From assembly GCA_003512125.1 (NCBI GenBank), contig DOSQ01000153.1:1-33457 (forward strand): DNA of 33,457 nt, in the 5' to 3' direction. Origin of the DNA: Acidaminococcaceae bacterium (GTDB taxonomy: Bacteria; Bacillota; Negativicutes; Acidaminococcales; Acidaminococcaceae). Made by a program: the position numbers and the translations under genes. Shown in pieces: positions 1 through 8,433 of this stretch (positions within the stretch are counted from its first letter, which is position 1; each line of letters starts with the position of its first letter). The notes beneath the pieces are model-generated. The model did not search any database. It was not told the DNA's origin and was given only the letters and a program-made list of their open reading frames with translations.

Positions 1-330
1 AGCGGCGCCAAGGCCTATCTGGTCAATACCGGATGGAACGGCACCGGAAAGCGCATTTCCATTAAGGATACCCGCGGCATCATTGACGCCATTCTGAACG
101 GCGATGTGAACAAGGCTCCCACCAAAAAGATTCCCGTTTTTGATCTGGAAGTTCCCACGGAACTGCCCGGCGTGGATCCGGCCATTCTGGATCCCCGTGA
201 TACCTACGCAGATCCGGCAGAATGGAACGCGAAGGCCAGAGACCTGGCAGAGCGGTTTATCAAAAACTTCAAAAAATATGAAGGCAATGCGGAAGGCAAA
301 AAGCTTGTGGTTGCCGGCCCGAAGCTGTAA
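1..330 (+). CDS. pckA: Phosphoenolpyruvate carboxykinase (ATP), 3' end (truncated by window start)
   Basis: Frame 1 from base 1 reads [34 protein letters not shown]...ILDPRDTY...FIKNF, the conserved PckA C-terminus; stop TAA at 328-330. Confidence 0.96.
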   Translation, partial: SGAKAYLVNTGWNGTGKRISIKDTRGIIDAILNGDVNKAPTKKIPVFDLEVPTELPGVDPAILDPRDTYADPAEWNAKARDLAERFIKNFKKYEGNAEGKKLVVAGPKL

Positions 331-358
331 AAAACAAATAAAAGGAAAATAAAAAATT

Positions 359-395
359 CGGAATACCTGATCGTTTCGGGTATTCCGTTTTTTTT
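359..395 (+). terminator. Rho-independent terminator of pckA
   Basis: Stem CGGAATACCTGA / TCGGGTATTCCG (12 bp with one G-U pair), 5-nt loop, followed by T8. Confidence 0.9.
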
Positions 396-550
396 GCGTT
401 GCAGGTTCTGTGAAAAACTCTTTGTGTCTTTTGACAAAAGAACTTTCAGTTGCATCACGTTAGTTTCAATTCGTTCATATTTATGAAAATGATTAAATGA
501 TTAAATTAAAATTGATAAAGTCAAAATCAGAGATTCTGTTGCCGAAAACA

Positions 551-559
551 TGATATAAT
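551..559 (+). promoter_or_regulatory. Extended -10 promoter element (TGnTATAAT) upstream of the 620 CDS
   Basis: TGATATAAT about 60 nt before the start codon in an AT-rich intergenic region; no clear -35. Confidence 0.55.
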
Positions 560-619
560 ATTAAAAAAGTGAACACAAAAAAGTTATCTGTAATTATTTT
601 GCGAAAAGGAGGCCACCCT

Positions 620-1984
620 ATGAAAAAGATAAAAATGTTGAGCGTAACACTGGCAGCGGCATTTGCGTTTGCGGCTGCACCTTTGGTATCTGATTTTGCT
701 GTCAATAATTTAGTTGGCGGAAATAATATTTCGCAGACATCTGGTAATCTGTTCACTCTCCGTCCTGCTTTTGCGGAAGGCAACGGGGTGGATTTCCAGC
801 TGGGCCTGCACAGCATCCCGCTTATGACGTGTACAGAATATGTTGTGGACAGCGACGAAAAGGGCGAACTGCTCCGCGCCCGCTGGACAGGAATCCGGGT
901 GACCGGCCCGGTGCCGTTCGAACCGAATATTAACAAAGCCTTAGATGCGTATACTGCAAAGGAAGGAAAACGATTTGCAGAATCGCATAAAAAAATGCTG
1001 TCCGACGCGAAACTGGATCATAGCGAACGGGCTAAATACGGCGCTACGTTCTTTCCTGCTTTTGAGGATAACAGCGATGTGTATGTGCGCCGGGCCGATT
1101 CTCTGGTGGTGAGCCTGTTGGAATTCGGTTCCAGTTATATGGGCGGCGCCCATGGCATGTATGGTTTCACAGGAAAAACCTTTGATACCTACACAGGTAG
1201 GGAGATGCAGCTGACTGATATTTTCACAAGCCCCACTGCCATGACAAATGCCATCAAACAACAGCTGATGTTTGATTATCCTAAAGCGTCATTTCAAGAA
1301 AACAACGGCGCCAGTATGCGTGAGATGGTGGACCAGCTGGCGAAGGAGGGTCATCTGTTCTGGACCATGGATCCCCGGGGCGTGACTTTCTATTTCAATC
1401 CGTACATTCTCGGTTCGTATGCGGAAGGCGTTTTCACGACTACGTTGCTGTATTCCGAACGGCCCGACATTTTCAAACATGACCAATACACGGAAGCTAT
1501 TACATGGCGGGGGCCCCAGGCCTATTGCATGGAAATTCCCGCGTATCTGCCCGTGCGTTTAAGTGACAGTCCCCGGGATGACAGGTTGTCCGTAATGAAC
1601 GACCCGGAAGAACTGGTTATCGATTACTGCGGCGAACAATTAAAAGATAAATTTTACGCAAAAAAAATCCGCGCCACGCTGGCATCGATGCCGGAGGGGC
1701 AACGTTACTTGTATGTAGATTATGAAAAGGAAAACGGACAGCATGCACTGCGGGTGTATTCCCTGGGCAACGAGCCGGTCTTTGTGGGCGAGTATGCCAT
1801 GACGCGCTTTGTTTCGGATATGGTCGGCAACAACGGAGAAGACTGGTATGTGATGACGGATCCCCAGGCGTTTTACCTGACGGCCATGCCGGGCAGCGGC
1901 TATGCGCCATGGACCCGGCTGACCTGCCGTATCGGTGAAAACGGAGCGCCGCAGGTGTATGAGGTGGAAGGCGCAAAAGGATGA
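620..1984 (+). CDS. Exported DUF3298/DUF4163 (RsiV/PdaC-like) domain protein with extra C-terminal domain
   Basis: AAAGGAGG RBS before ATG at 620; signal-peptide-like N-terminus (MKKIKMLSVTLAAAFAFA); family-typical Y-x-GGAHG...TFD-x-x-TG-x-x-x-x-L-x-DIF and VTFYFNPY-x-LG-x-YAEG motifs. Confidence 0.75.
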   Translation: MKKIKMLSVTLAAAFAFAAAPLVSDFAVNNLVGGNNISQTSGNLFTLRPAFAEGNGVDFQLGLHSIPLMTCTEYVVDSDEKGELLRARWTGIRVTGPVPFEPNINKALDAYTAKEGKRFAESHKKMLSDAKLDHSERAKYGATFFPAFEDNSDVYVRRADSLVVSLLEFGSSYMGGAHGMYGFTGKTFDTYTGREMQLTDIFTSPTAMTNAIKQQLMFDYPKASFQENNGASMREMVDQLAKEGHLFWTMDPRGVTFYFNPYILGSYAEGVFTTTLLYSERPDIFKHDQYTEAITWRGPQAYCMEIPAYLPVRLSDSPRDDRLSVMNDPEELVIDYCGEQLKDKFYAKKIRATLASMPEGQRYLYVDYEKENGQHALRVYSLGNEPVFVGEYAMTRFVSDMVGNNGEDWYVMTDPQAFYLTAMPGSGYAPWTRLTCRIGENGAPQVYEVEGAKG

Positions 1985-2200
1985 GGAACCGTAGGAACAG
2001 GCATTCTAACGGCGTCGCGCACGTCTATGCTGACTTATTTTAAAGATGTAAAAGAACTGGAAATTCTGCCGAAGGAGCATCTGATCAGTTTGAACGAAAC
2101 GTTGAATCGTAACCAGGTGTATGCGGCGGACGAAGACTTTGCGTTTGTGGCGAATTATATCAAAACTCATTGCAGGAAGGCGAAAGTGATAGAAGGGTAG
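1985..2200 (+). pseudogene. Probable 3' gene remnant or small ORF (57 aa from ATG 2027), in frame with the upstream gene's TGA
   Basis: 71 sense codons GTVGTGILTASRTSMLTYFKDVKELEILPKEHLISLNETLNRNQVYAADEDFAFVANYIKTHCRKAKVIEG then TAG; protein-like composition; no RBS before ATG 2027; absent from the ORF track. Confidence 0.5.
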
Positions 2201-2256
2201 CAGGTTTGTGCTTTTTTATAAAGAAAAAGTACTGTAATATGGAAAGAGGTGTAAGC

Positions 2257-2754
2257 ATGAAAAAAATCAGGGTTATTTCGTTGTGTTTCGTTTTGTTATT
2301 TGGGCTCATGAGTCAGGCTTTTGCAGAACTGCCTGCAAACCGTATCGCATTAGGTGTTCAGCTGGGTGCGACGTTTTCCCAGGTGAAAAATGTATTCGGC
2401 ATTCCGGACCTTGTGACGAAAGAACAGGTGAAGTCCGAGGCGTATGGGGATTTTGTAGAAACGACGATGATTTATGGAAACGATTCCATTGTTGTCAAGT
2501 TTTATGATGATAATGTCTGGCGGATCGAATCCAACAGTGATAACGGCTGGCGGACACCGGACGGCGTTACGGTAGGCATGTCATTGAAAGATATGTACGC
2601 TCGGCTGGGTAATGAAGACATTAAAAGCCCGGCTGAAAATGGCGAAACGCTGTATTGGTATAATCATGATACCAAAAGCCAGGTAAACAAAGGCAATCTG
2701 TATGTGTTTGTGAAGGGCGGGCGCGTTTCCAGAATCGTAATTGCGTATCAGTAA
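2257..2754 (+). CDS. Exported protein with two-fold internal repeat (SmpA/BamE- or DUF4309-like)
   Basis: GAGGTG RBS before ATG 2257; signal peptide ending AFA; repeated G-x-x-[LV]G-x-[ST]-x-x-x-[VM]-x-x-x-[FL]G-x-x-D units. Confidence 0.75.
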   Translation: MKKIRVISLCFVLLFGLMSQAFAELPANRIALGVQLGATFSQVKNVFGIPDLVTKEQVKSEAYGDFVETTMIYGNDSIVVKFYDDNVWRIESNSDNGWRTPDGVTVGMSLKDMYARLGNEDIKSPAENGETLYWYNHDTKSQVNKGNLYVFVKGGRVSRIVIAYQ

Positions 2755-2814
2755 GTAATTCGAAAACGAAAAGAGGTTCGGGCTTTAACAGAACTTGTAT
2801 AAAGGAGGCAGAGT

Positions 2815-3723
2815 ATGATGGGAAATTCAAAAGTATCTAAAAAGGTATTAACACTTTTCGCAGCGTGTTTTGTTTTTCTTTTAGCTTTTGCCAGCCTGGC
2901 CTTTGCAGCAAACTATTCTGCTGAAAAAGCAATCGGCCCCGATGATATTCCGGAAGGCGTGTACCGGCGTTTTTCCGATGAAAGCGAGCTGACCTATCTG
3001 GTTGTGATGCATAAAAAAGGTGTACTGGCAGGCGATCCTTTTAAACGCACTTACATCGGTATCGAGTCTGTGCGTCGGAACCATCCCGGCGGACAACCGG
3101 ACGGCAGCGTGTTCATGTCGGCCCGGTTGCGGAGCTCTAAAGAATTTCAGCTGAATCCTCCGGTTGAAGCAGGACCGGTTCCGGGCGACGACAGCGTTGC
3201 GTTTATGCTGGATTATGCGGAAACGGTCAACGGCGACGGAACAAAGGGACTCAAGAAGAACCAGTCCCAGGTGTATGTGATGCAGCCTGCACCGGATGGA
3301 CGCATCAATATCATAGGTGCGGAAACACTGCCTGCGCCTTTGTGCGGCCATTACATCCCGGTAACGGACCGGCCGGCACCGCTGGTACTGCAGCAGGCCA
3401 TGATCAAGTACATGCTGGAAGATTTCATTCCTGCTGCTACCAATATGGACAATCGTTCCCAGTTCTATGATTACAAAATGGAATTCAAAACCGGAGACAA
3501 TCCGCCGGTGGATTGCTGGGCCGGCTGGTATCAGGTCACGGTGTGGGAAGACAGACACATGGATCGGTACGATTCCCGTTATCAGATGAATTTTATCGTT
3601 GGCGATACAGGCGATGAAATCAAATTGCTCACATTGTATGATAACAAGATGTGGCCGGTGTATGAAGATGACAGACTGAAAGGAAAGACGGACCGGGGTC
3701 CGCAGGTTGTACCAAAGGGATGA
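2815..3723 (+). CDS. Exported hypothetical protein
   Basis: AAGGAGG RBS; basic N-region, hydrophobic core and AFA cleavage motif; 302 aa; no family recognised. Confidence 0.8.
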   Translation: MMGNSKVSKKVLTLFAACFVFLLAFASLAFAANYSAEKAIGPDDIPEGVYRRFSDESELTYLVVMHKKGVLAGDPFKRTYIGIESVRRNHPGGQPDGSVFMSARLRSSKEFQLNPPVEAGPVPGDDSVAFMLDYAETVNGDGTKGLKKNQSQVYVMQPAPDGRINIIGAETLPAPLCGHYIPVTDRPAPLVLQQAMIKYMLEDFIPAATNMDNRSQFYDYKMEFKTGDNPPVDCWAGWYQVTVWEDRHMDRYDSRYQMNFIVGDTGDEIKLLTLYDNKMWPVYEDDRLKGKTDRGPQVVPKG

Positions 3724-3778
3724 CCGGGTTGTAGTGTGTAACGTGACAACAAATGTAAAATTCTTGTAATAAACAGCG

Positions 3779-3815
3779 TGAGGAATGGCTTTATCCATTC
3801 CTCATTTTCATTTTT
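3779..3815 (+). terminator. Probable intrinsic terminator closing the exported-protein cluster
   Basis: Perfect 10-bp stem TGAGGAATGG / CCATTCCTCA, 6-nt loop, followed by TTTTCATTTTT. Confidence 0.7.
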
Positions 3816-3816
3816 G

Positions 3817-3825
3817 TGATATAAT
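3817..3825 (+). promoter_or_regulatory. Extended -10 promoter element upstream of the LUD gene
   Basis: TGATATAAT, 37 nt before ATG 3863. Confidence 0.55.
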
Positions 3826-3862
3826 AAAATGTAGGAGTATTTTAAGAAAGAAGGGAATCATC

Positions 3863-4498
3863 ATGGCAGATCCGAGGACAGAACGCAACGCCCGGTTAGG
3901 GGCGACACTGGTTAAAAAGTTACAGGCCCGGGCCTTTGAAGCCTATTACTGCGCTACGAAAGAGGAGGCGCTGCAGCAGGCGCTGGCCCTCATTCCGAAA
4001 ACAGATGTGATTTCCTGGGGTGGTTCAGCTACCATTGCGGAGATCGGCCTGCTGGATTATGTGCGGAAAAATTTCAGATGCATTGACCGGGACACGGCGA
4101 AAACGCCGGAAGAGCGGATGGAAATTATGCGGCAGGGATTGCTCTGCGATACGTTTTTAATGAGCACCAATGCCATGACGACGGATGGCGAGCTGGTTAA
4201 CATCGACGGCAACGGCAATCGTTGTGCCGCCATGATTTACGGTCCGAAGCAGGTTATTGTCATTGCCGGCCTGAATAAGGTGACGGGCAATCTGCACAGC
4301 GCCATTGACCGTGCCCATACGGTGGCGGCGGGAATCAACGTTCAGCGCTTCGGTGGAAAAACGCCCTGCTGCCTTACCGGGGTTTGTGGGAATTGTAACA
4401 GTGCCGATACAATCTGTAACTATCTCGTTGTCACCCGCCGCAGCAAACCGGCTAAAAAGATCAAAGTGATTTTAGTGGGTGAAGAGTTAGGCTTTTAA
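3863..4498 (+). CDS. LUD-domain (LutC/YkgG-like, DUF1121-type) protein
   Basis: GGS-x-T, S-x-NA-x-T-x-DGELVNIDGNGNR and YGPK-x-VIVIAG-x-NK motifs; C-terminal PC-x3-G-x-C-x-x-C-x5-IC cysteine cluster. Start moved to ATG 3863 after AAGGGA. Confidence 0.85.
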   Translation: MADPRTERNARLGATLVKKLQARAFEAYYCATKEEALQQALALIPKTDVISWGGSATIAEIGLLDYVRKNFRCIDRDTAKTPEERMEIMRQGLLCDTFLMSTNAMTTDGELVNIDGNGNRCAAMIYGPKQVIVIAGLNKVTGNLHSAIDRAHTVAAGINVQRFGGKTPCCLTGVCGNCNSADTICNYLVVTRRSKPAKKIKVILVGEELGF

Positions 4499-4558
4499 AG
4501 AGAAACGGATAAAACGGTGATCCCTTAAACTGATATAAACCTTCTGGAGGCGACGATT

Positions 4559-5032
4559 ATGCATTTTTCTTCCCGTTTTACGATTGCCGTGCACATTTTA
4601 TTAGCGGTGAATGAATTCGAAGGGCAGTTTAAAACAACATCCAATTTTTTAGGAAGCAGCGTGAATGTGAATCCGGTCATCATCCGTAAAACCCTGGGAC
4701 AGTTGAAGGATGCGGGACTGGTTACGGTGGAGGCCGGTGTAGGCGGCGCGTCCCTGGCGAAAGAACCCAAAAAAATCACGTTGTGGGATATTTTCTGTGC
4801 TGTGGAAGATAAAAAAGAAGATCTTTTCCATTTCCACGATCCCAACCCCGACTGCCCGGTTGGAGGAAATATCCATGCAGTCATGGACGGGCGGCTGCGA
4901 AAGTTTAAGCGAAACCTGCAGAAAGACCTGGACGACGTGACGCTGCAGGATCTGGTCAAAGATCTGCGTAAAGAGCTTAAGAAGGGGCGGAAGCTTGGAT
5001 TTGTGCAGGCAGATGCCGAAACTTCAGCATAA
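4559..5032 (+). CDS. Rrf2-family transcriptional regulator (YwnA-like)
   Basis: SSRFTIAVHIL, SVNVNPVIIRK and GGASLAK..ITL-x-DI motifs, plus H-x-PNP-x-CPVG; lacks the three-Cys IscR cluster motif; GGAGG RBS. Confidence 0.9.
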   Translation: MHFSSRFTIAVHILLAVNEFEGQFKTTSNFLGSSVNVNPVIIRKTLGQLKDAGLVTVEAGVGGASLAKEPKKITLWDIFCAVEDKKEDLFHFHDPNPDCPVGGNIHAVMDGRLRKFKRNLQKDLDDVTLQDLVKDLRKELKKGRKLGFVQADAETSA

Positions 5033-5085
5033 TATATGAAAGTTAGCATAAACATTGTGGCATAATATGGTACCGGGGCATTGCT

Positions 5086-5967
5086 ATGAAAATTATTGAT
5101 GCGCACATGCATTACTTTAATATTGAAGGCTTTGACGAACTGGCAAAGCTGGCGGATCATGAAAATTCTCGTGCAGGCTGGCAGAAAATCTGTGAGGATA
5201 ACGGTATCGTTTTTTCTGTAGCCATGGGAAACAGCTATGATGCTCCCTGCCGTTTCGGCGGTGTAGTGCCGCGACTCATTGATCTGGGTGGGGAGCCGTT
5301 TTGCCTGCAGCCTTACAATCAGCCGGAAAACGTAGGGTACTGTCTGGGCGTGCAAAGTGAAGAGATTACACCGGGCAATGCGGAAAAGACTGCGTTGGAA
5401 TTTGAATATTACCTGCAGCGTGATCCTCATTGCGTTGGTATCAAGTTTTATATGGGATATCAAAACGTCTATCTTTACGATACACGTCATGAACCGCTCT
5501 TTGAGCTGGCAAAGGCTTACGATGTGCCGGTGGTCATGCATAGCGGAGAGACTGCGAATCATCACGGACGTCTGCGGTACGCCCATCCCCTTACCGTGGA
5601 TGAAGCTGCCAGTGAACATCCGGAGGTTCGGTTCGTCATCTGCCACGTGGGGAATCCGTGGATTCCTGATGCGATTGAGGTGGCATCAAAAAATGAGAAT
5701 GTGTTCCTTGATTTTTCCGGTTTGTGGGAGCATCGTCTGACACCGAAACGGGAAAAAGAAATAGCGGCATTTCAGCAGTATGTGCGCATGTGGCTGGAGT
5801 ATCACGAGCTGTGGGATAAAATTATGTACGGCAGCGACTGGCCCCTGATCAACATTCCGGACAATATCCGTAATCTGGGCAGGATAGTGCCGGAGGAACA
5901 CTGGAATGAGTTTTATTACGAGAATGCGTTGCAGGTATACAGGCGGATCGGAAAGCTGTTACATTGA
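5086..5967 (+). CDS. Amidohydrolase_2 family TIM-barrel metallohydrolase/decarboxylase
   Basis: IIDAHMH, GIK, PVVMHSG, ICHVG, NVFLDFSG and YGSDWP motifs. Confidence 0.9.
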   Translation: MKIIDAHMHYFNIEGFDELAKLADHENSRAGWQKICEDNGIVFSVAMGNSYDAPCRFGGVVPRLIDLGGEPFCLQPYNQPENVGYCLGVQSEEITPGNAEKTALEFEYYLQRDPHCVGIKFYMGYQNVYLYDTRHEPLFELAKAYDVPVVMHSGETANHHGRLRYAHPLTVDEAASEHPEVRFVICHVGNPWIPDAIEVASKNENVFLDFSGLWEHRLTPKREKEIAAFQQYVRMWLEYHELWDKIMYGSDWPLINIPDNIRNLGRIVPEEHWNEFYYENALQVYRRIGKLLH

Positions 5968-6044
5968 AACTTGTGATGCCTGTTATGGCAATAAATTACG
6001 ACTTTAAAATGGGAAAAAGGATCATTTTTCGGAGGTGTGTTACG

Positions 6045-7157
6045 TTGAAAGAAGAGGACGTAAAAAAATTAATAGATAAACTGCAGTATTTTGATTATGA
6101 CAAAGTGCTGAACAAAATCCGCAAAAATGTTAAAAAACCCAGCGTCCTTGTGACAGGTGGCACCGGTGTAGGAAAAAGCAGCCTGATCAATCATCTCTTC
6201 GGCATGGATGTGGCGGCAACCGGAAATGGAAAACCCATGACGGACCGCATCACTTGTTACGAACCGGAAAATTGTGATGTGGTTTTATATGATACCCTGG
6301 GCTACGAAGTGGGGGAAGACAAGCAGCAAAAATTCTACAGGGATGTCATCGGCTTTGTGAAAGACGCCAACAGTAAAGGCGATATTAAGAAGCATGTACA
6401 TCTGGCCTGGTATTGTATTTCCGCTGCTAATAAACGGGTGACGCCAACCGATCTGGACGCAATTGCGGCATTGGAAGGTTTAACAGAGGTCTGCGTGGTA
6501 CTGACTCAGATTGATGCCGCTACCATGGTGGAACTGGATGAAATGAAAGCAGTACTGAAAAAGAAATTACCGAATACGTCTGCGTTTATGGTCAGCATCG
6601 ATCCCCGTGTGCCGGAGGACAAGATGCAGTGGGACGAACTGCTGAACTGGTCTGTGGATCATCTGGATGCCGGGCTGCAGCTGGCCTTTGCCCAGGCTTT
6701 GGGTCAGGAGTTGCAGACGAAGCACATTCAGGCAGACAAGCTGATCCATCGTTATGTAGCGGCGGCTGCCGGTGCGGTGGTGTGTCCGCTGCCAATGACG
6801 GATTCTGCGGCGCTGATAGCGATCCAGACTACGATGGCGACCCATCTTTTCAATTTCTGGGGCATCGACCGGGGTACGGATAAGATCAAGGAAGTGTTTG
6901 TCAATGTGGTGGTCGCCAACACCGGACGCATTTTTTCCCGCTCCCTGCTGAAACTGATACCCGGTGCCGGATCTGTGGCAGCGGTTGTGGTGAACAGTGG
7001 TGTGGCAACTTCATTTACCTACGCGTTTGGCAGGGCGGTGAACGAAGTCTGCTACAAGACAGCGTCCCGGATGGCTAAAGGGGAAAAGGTGGACATTACC
7101 TCAGCGTTTGCGATGGACGTAATTATGAAGCTGATACAAAAGTATTATAAAAAGTAG
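6045..7157 (+). CDS. P-loop GTPase (MMR_HSR1-type) with C-terminal DUF697/YcjF-like hydrophobic domain
   Basis: G1 GGTGVGKS, G2 GKPMT, G3 DTLG, G4-like TQID; C-terminal PLP-x-x-D-x-x-x-L-x-x-IQ and LLKLIPG-x-G motifs. TTG start at 6045 follows GGAGGTG. Confidence 0.85.
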   Translation: MKEEDVKKLIDKLQYFDYDKVLNKIRKNVKKPSVLVTGGTGVGKSSLINHLFGMDVAATGNGKPMTDRITCYEPENCDVVLYDTLGYEVGEDKQQKFYRDVIGFVKDANSKGDIKKHVHLAWYCISAANKRVTPTDLDAIAALEGLTEVCVVLTQIDAATMVELDEMKAVLKKKLPNTSAFMVSIDPRVPEDKMQWDELLNWSVDHLDAGLQLAFAQALGQELQTKHIQADKLIHRYVAAAAGAVVCPLPMTDSAALIAIQTTMATHLFNFWGIDRGTDKIKEVFVNVVVANTGRIFSRSLLKLIPGAGSVAAVVVNSGVATSFTYAFGRAVNEVCYKTASRMAKGEKVDITSAFAMDVIMKLIQKYYKK

Positions 7158-7229
7158 GAAACACAGTTTGCAAAGAACTGTGCAGCAGATATATTAAAAA
7201 AGGTTCAGAGTTTTTTACATGTTATACAG

Positions 7230-8417
7230 GTGAAATTACTTATGCCAATCAGAATCTGGAACCGGACGGGAAGTAAAGGCCCGATGAAAAGAGAAGGTGC
7301 TGCATCCCATTCGGAAAAGGCCGCGCAGGAAGACAGCGGCCAGTGGAAATCAGGTCAAAAAATAAAAACACACAAGCCTGCGGTGCGGAATATTCTTGTC
7401 CTTGGCAAAACCGGTGTGGGGAAGACTTCCTTACTTAATTATCTGTATGGTTTTGATTTGCCTACAGGAGCGGGACTTCCCAAAACGGGGAAAGGTCTCC
7501 ACGAGAATGTAATCACCCGCAACGGGACGGCCTACCACGTGTTCGATACCTGGGGGATTGAGGCGGACTCCCTGCCGGAGTGGCGGAAGGAAGTGCTGGC
7601 GCTGGTGCGAAAACGAAATACTTCGCCCCATATCAGCGAATGGTTTCACGCTGTCTACTATTGCTTTTCAGCCAGTACTGCCCGGATCGAAGAAGCAGAG
7701 GTGGAGGAGATTATAGTGCCCCTGCTGCAGTCCGGCTGCAAAGTGATCGTTGCGATTACCAATGCCGAGGACGGTTTCAGGAAAAAAGAAAAGATTGACG
7801 GGATGAAACAGTATCTGACAGAGGAATTAACAAAACGCCTGCATCGCGACCCGCAGATGGAAATCATCCCGGTGGTCAGTATTGCGGGCGAAACCCTGGC
7901 GGGCGATTCCATTTCCCGCTTTGGCCGTACCGAAGCATTGGAAGCAGCGCAATACAATCTGGCGGACGATATTGAAAAACGTCTGCCTGCCATTTACAAG
8001 ATGAACGTGATGAACAAGCTGGGAGCCTGGAAAGAACGCAGCCTGCTCCTGCTTGCCAACGGCAAGATCAGTTTCGTGCTGAACAACAATTCCGCGAAAC
8101 AGTTAATCGACCTGGTTAATTACGACCTGCTCAACACGTTTGGCGCCATTGACGCAGACGGGGATAAGCTGGAGGCGGAAGCCAACGAATATTTACTGGC
8201 TGCCGGAGATAAAAAGCCGATGGACCGGCGCTGGCGACCGGAATTCAGCCGCATTACCTATGTGAAAGGTTACGAGTACAGCAAAGGCTTATCGATCGGA
8301 CTGGCGATGGATGTAGCATCCAGCCTGTTGCGTTCTTCCAAAAGCATCCGCGAGAATTTAAGCCGCCGGGTGGAGAAAACCTATGCGGCCATTGTAAACA
8401 GTATGAAGAAGAATTAG
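7230..8417 (+). CDS. Second P-loop GTPase, paralogous to the upstream gene, with a helical C-terminal region
   Basis: G1 GKTGVGKT, G2 GLPKT, G3 DTWG, G4-like TNAE; HAVYYCFS...R matches HLAWYCIS...R of the upstream protein. Start codon uncertain. Confidence 0.8.
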   Translation: MKLLMPIRIWNRTGSKGPMKREGAASHSEKAAQEDSGQWKSGQKIKTHKPAVRNILVLGKTGVGKTSLLNYLYGFDLPTGAGLPKTGKGLHENVITRNGTAYHVFDTWGIEADSLPEWRKEVLALVRKRNTSPHISEWFHAVYYCFSASTARIEEAEVEEIIVPLLQSGCKVIVAITNAEDGFRKKEKIDGMKQYLTEELTKRLHRDPQMEIIPVVSIAGETLAGDSISRFGRTEALEAAQYNLADDIEKRLPAIYKMNVMNKLGAWKERSLLLLANGKISFVLNNNSAKQLIDLVNYDLLNTFGAIDADGDKLEAEANEYLLAAGDKKPMDRRWRPEFSRITYVKGYEYSKGLSIGLAMDVASSLLRSSKSIRENLSRRVEKTYAAIVNSMKKN

Positions 8418-8433
8418 AGAGGACGATCCTGTT

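Noticed and set aside
1982..2012. Selenocysteine recoding at TGA 1982
   Set aside because: The hairpin is weak, the codon is not in a redox motif, and no Cys-homologue context is evident.
2767..2780. LexA-box-like CGAAA-AGAG-GTTCG
   Set aside because: Mismatch in the core GAAC, no SOS logic for the downstream exported protein, and I saw no box at the ruv genes.
2772..2808. AGAGGTTC start resembling a preQ1-I riboswitch
   Set aside because: No complementary CCTCT strand or proper A-rich tail, and not upstream of a queuosine gene.
2881..5646. Long minus-strand ORFs 2881-3798 (305 aa) and 4525-5646 (373 aa)
   Set aside because: They lie antisense to well-supported plus-strand genes, have no recognisable motifs and show atypical composition; treated as shadow ORFs.
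5964..7250. Similar N-terminal strings of the two GTPase ORFs (MKLVMPV / MKLLMPI)
   Set aside because: The first lies upstream of the RBS-supported start at 6045, and the match is too short to distinguish from chance.
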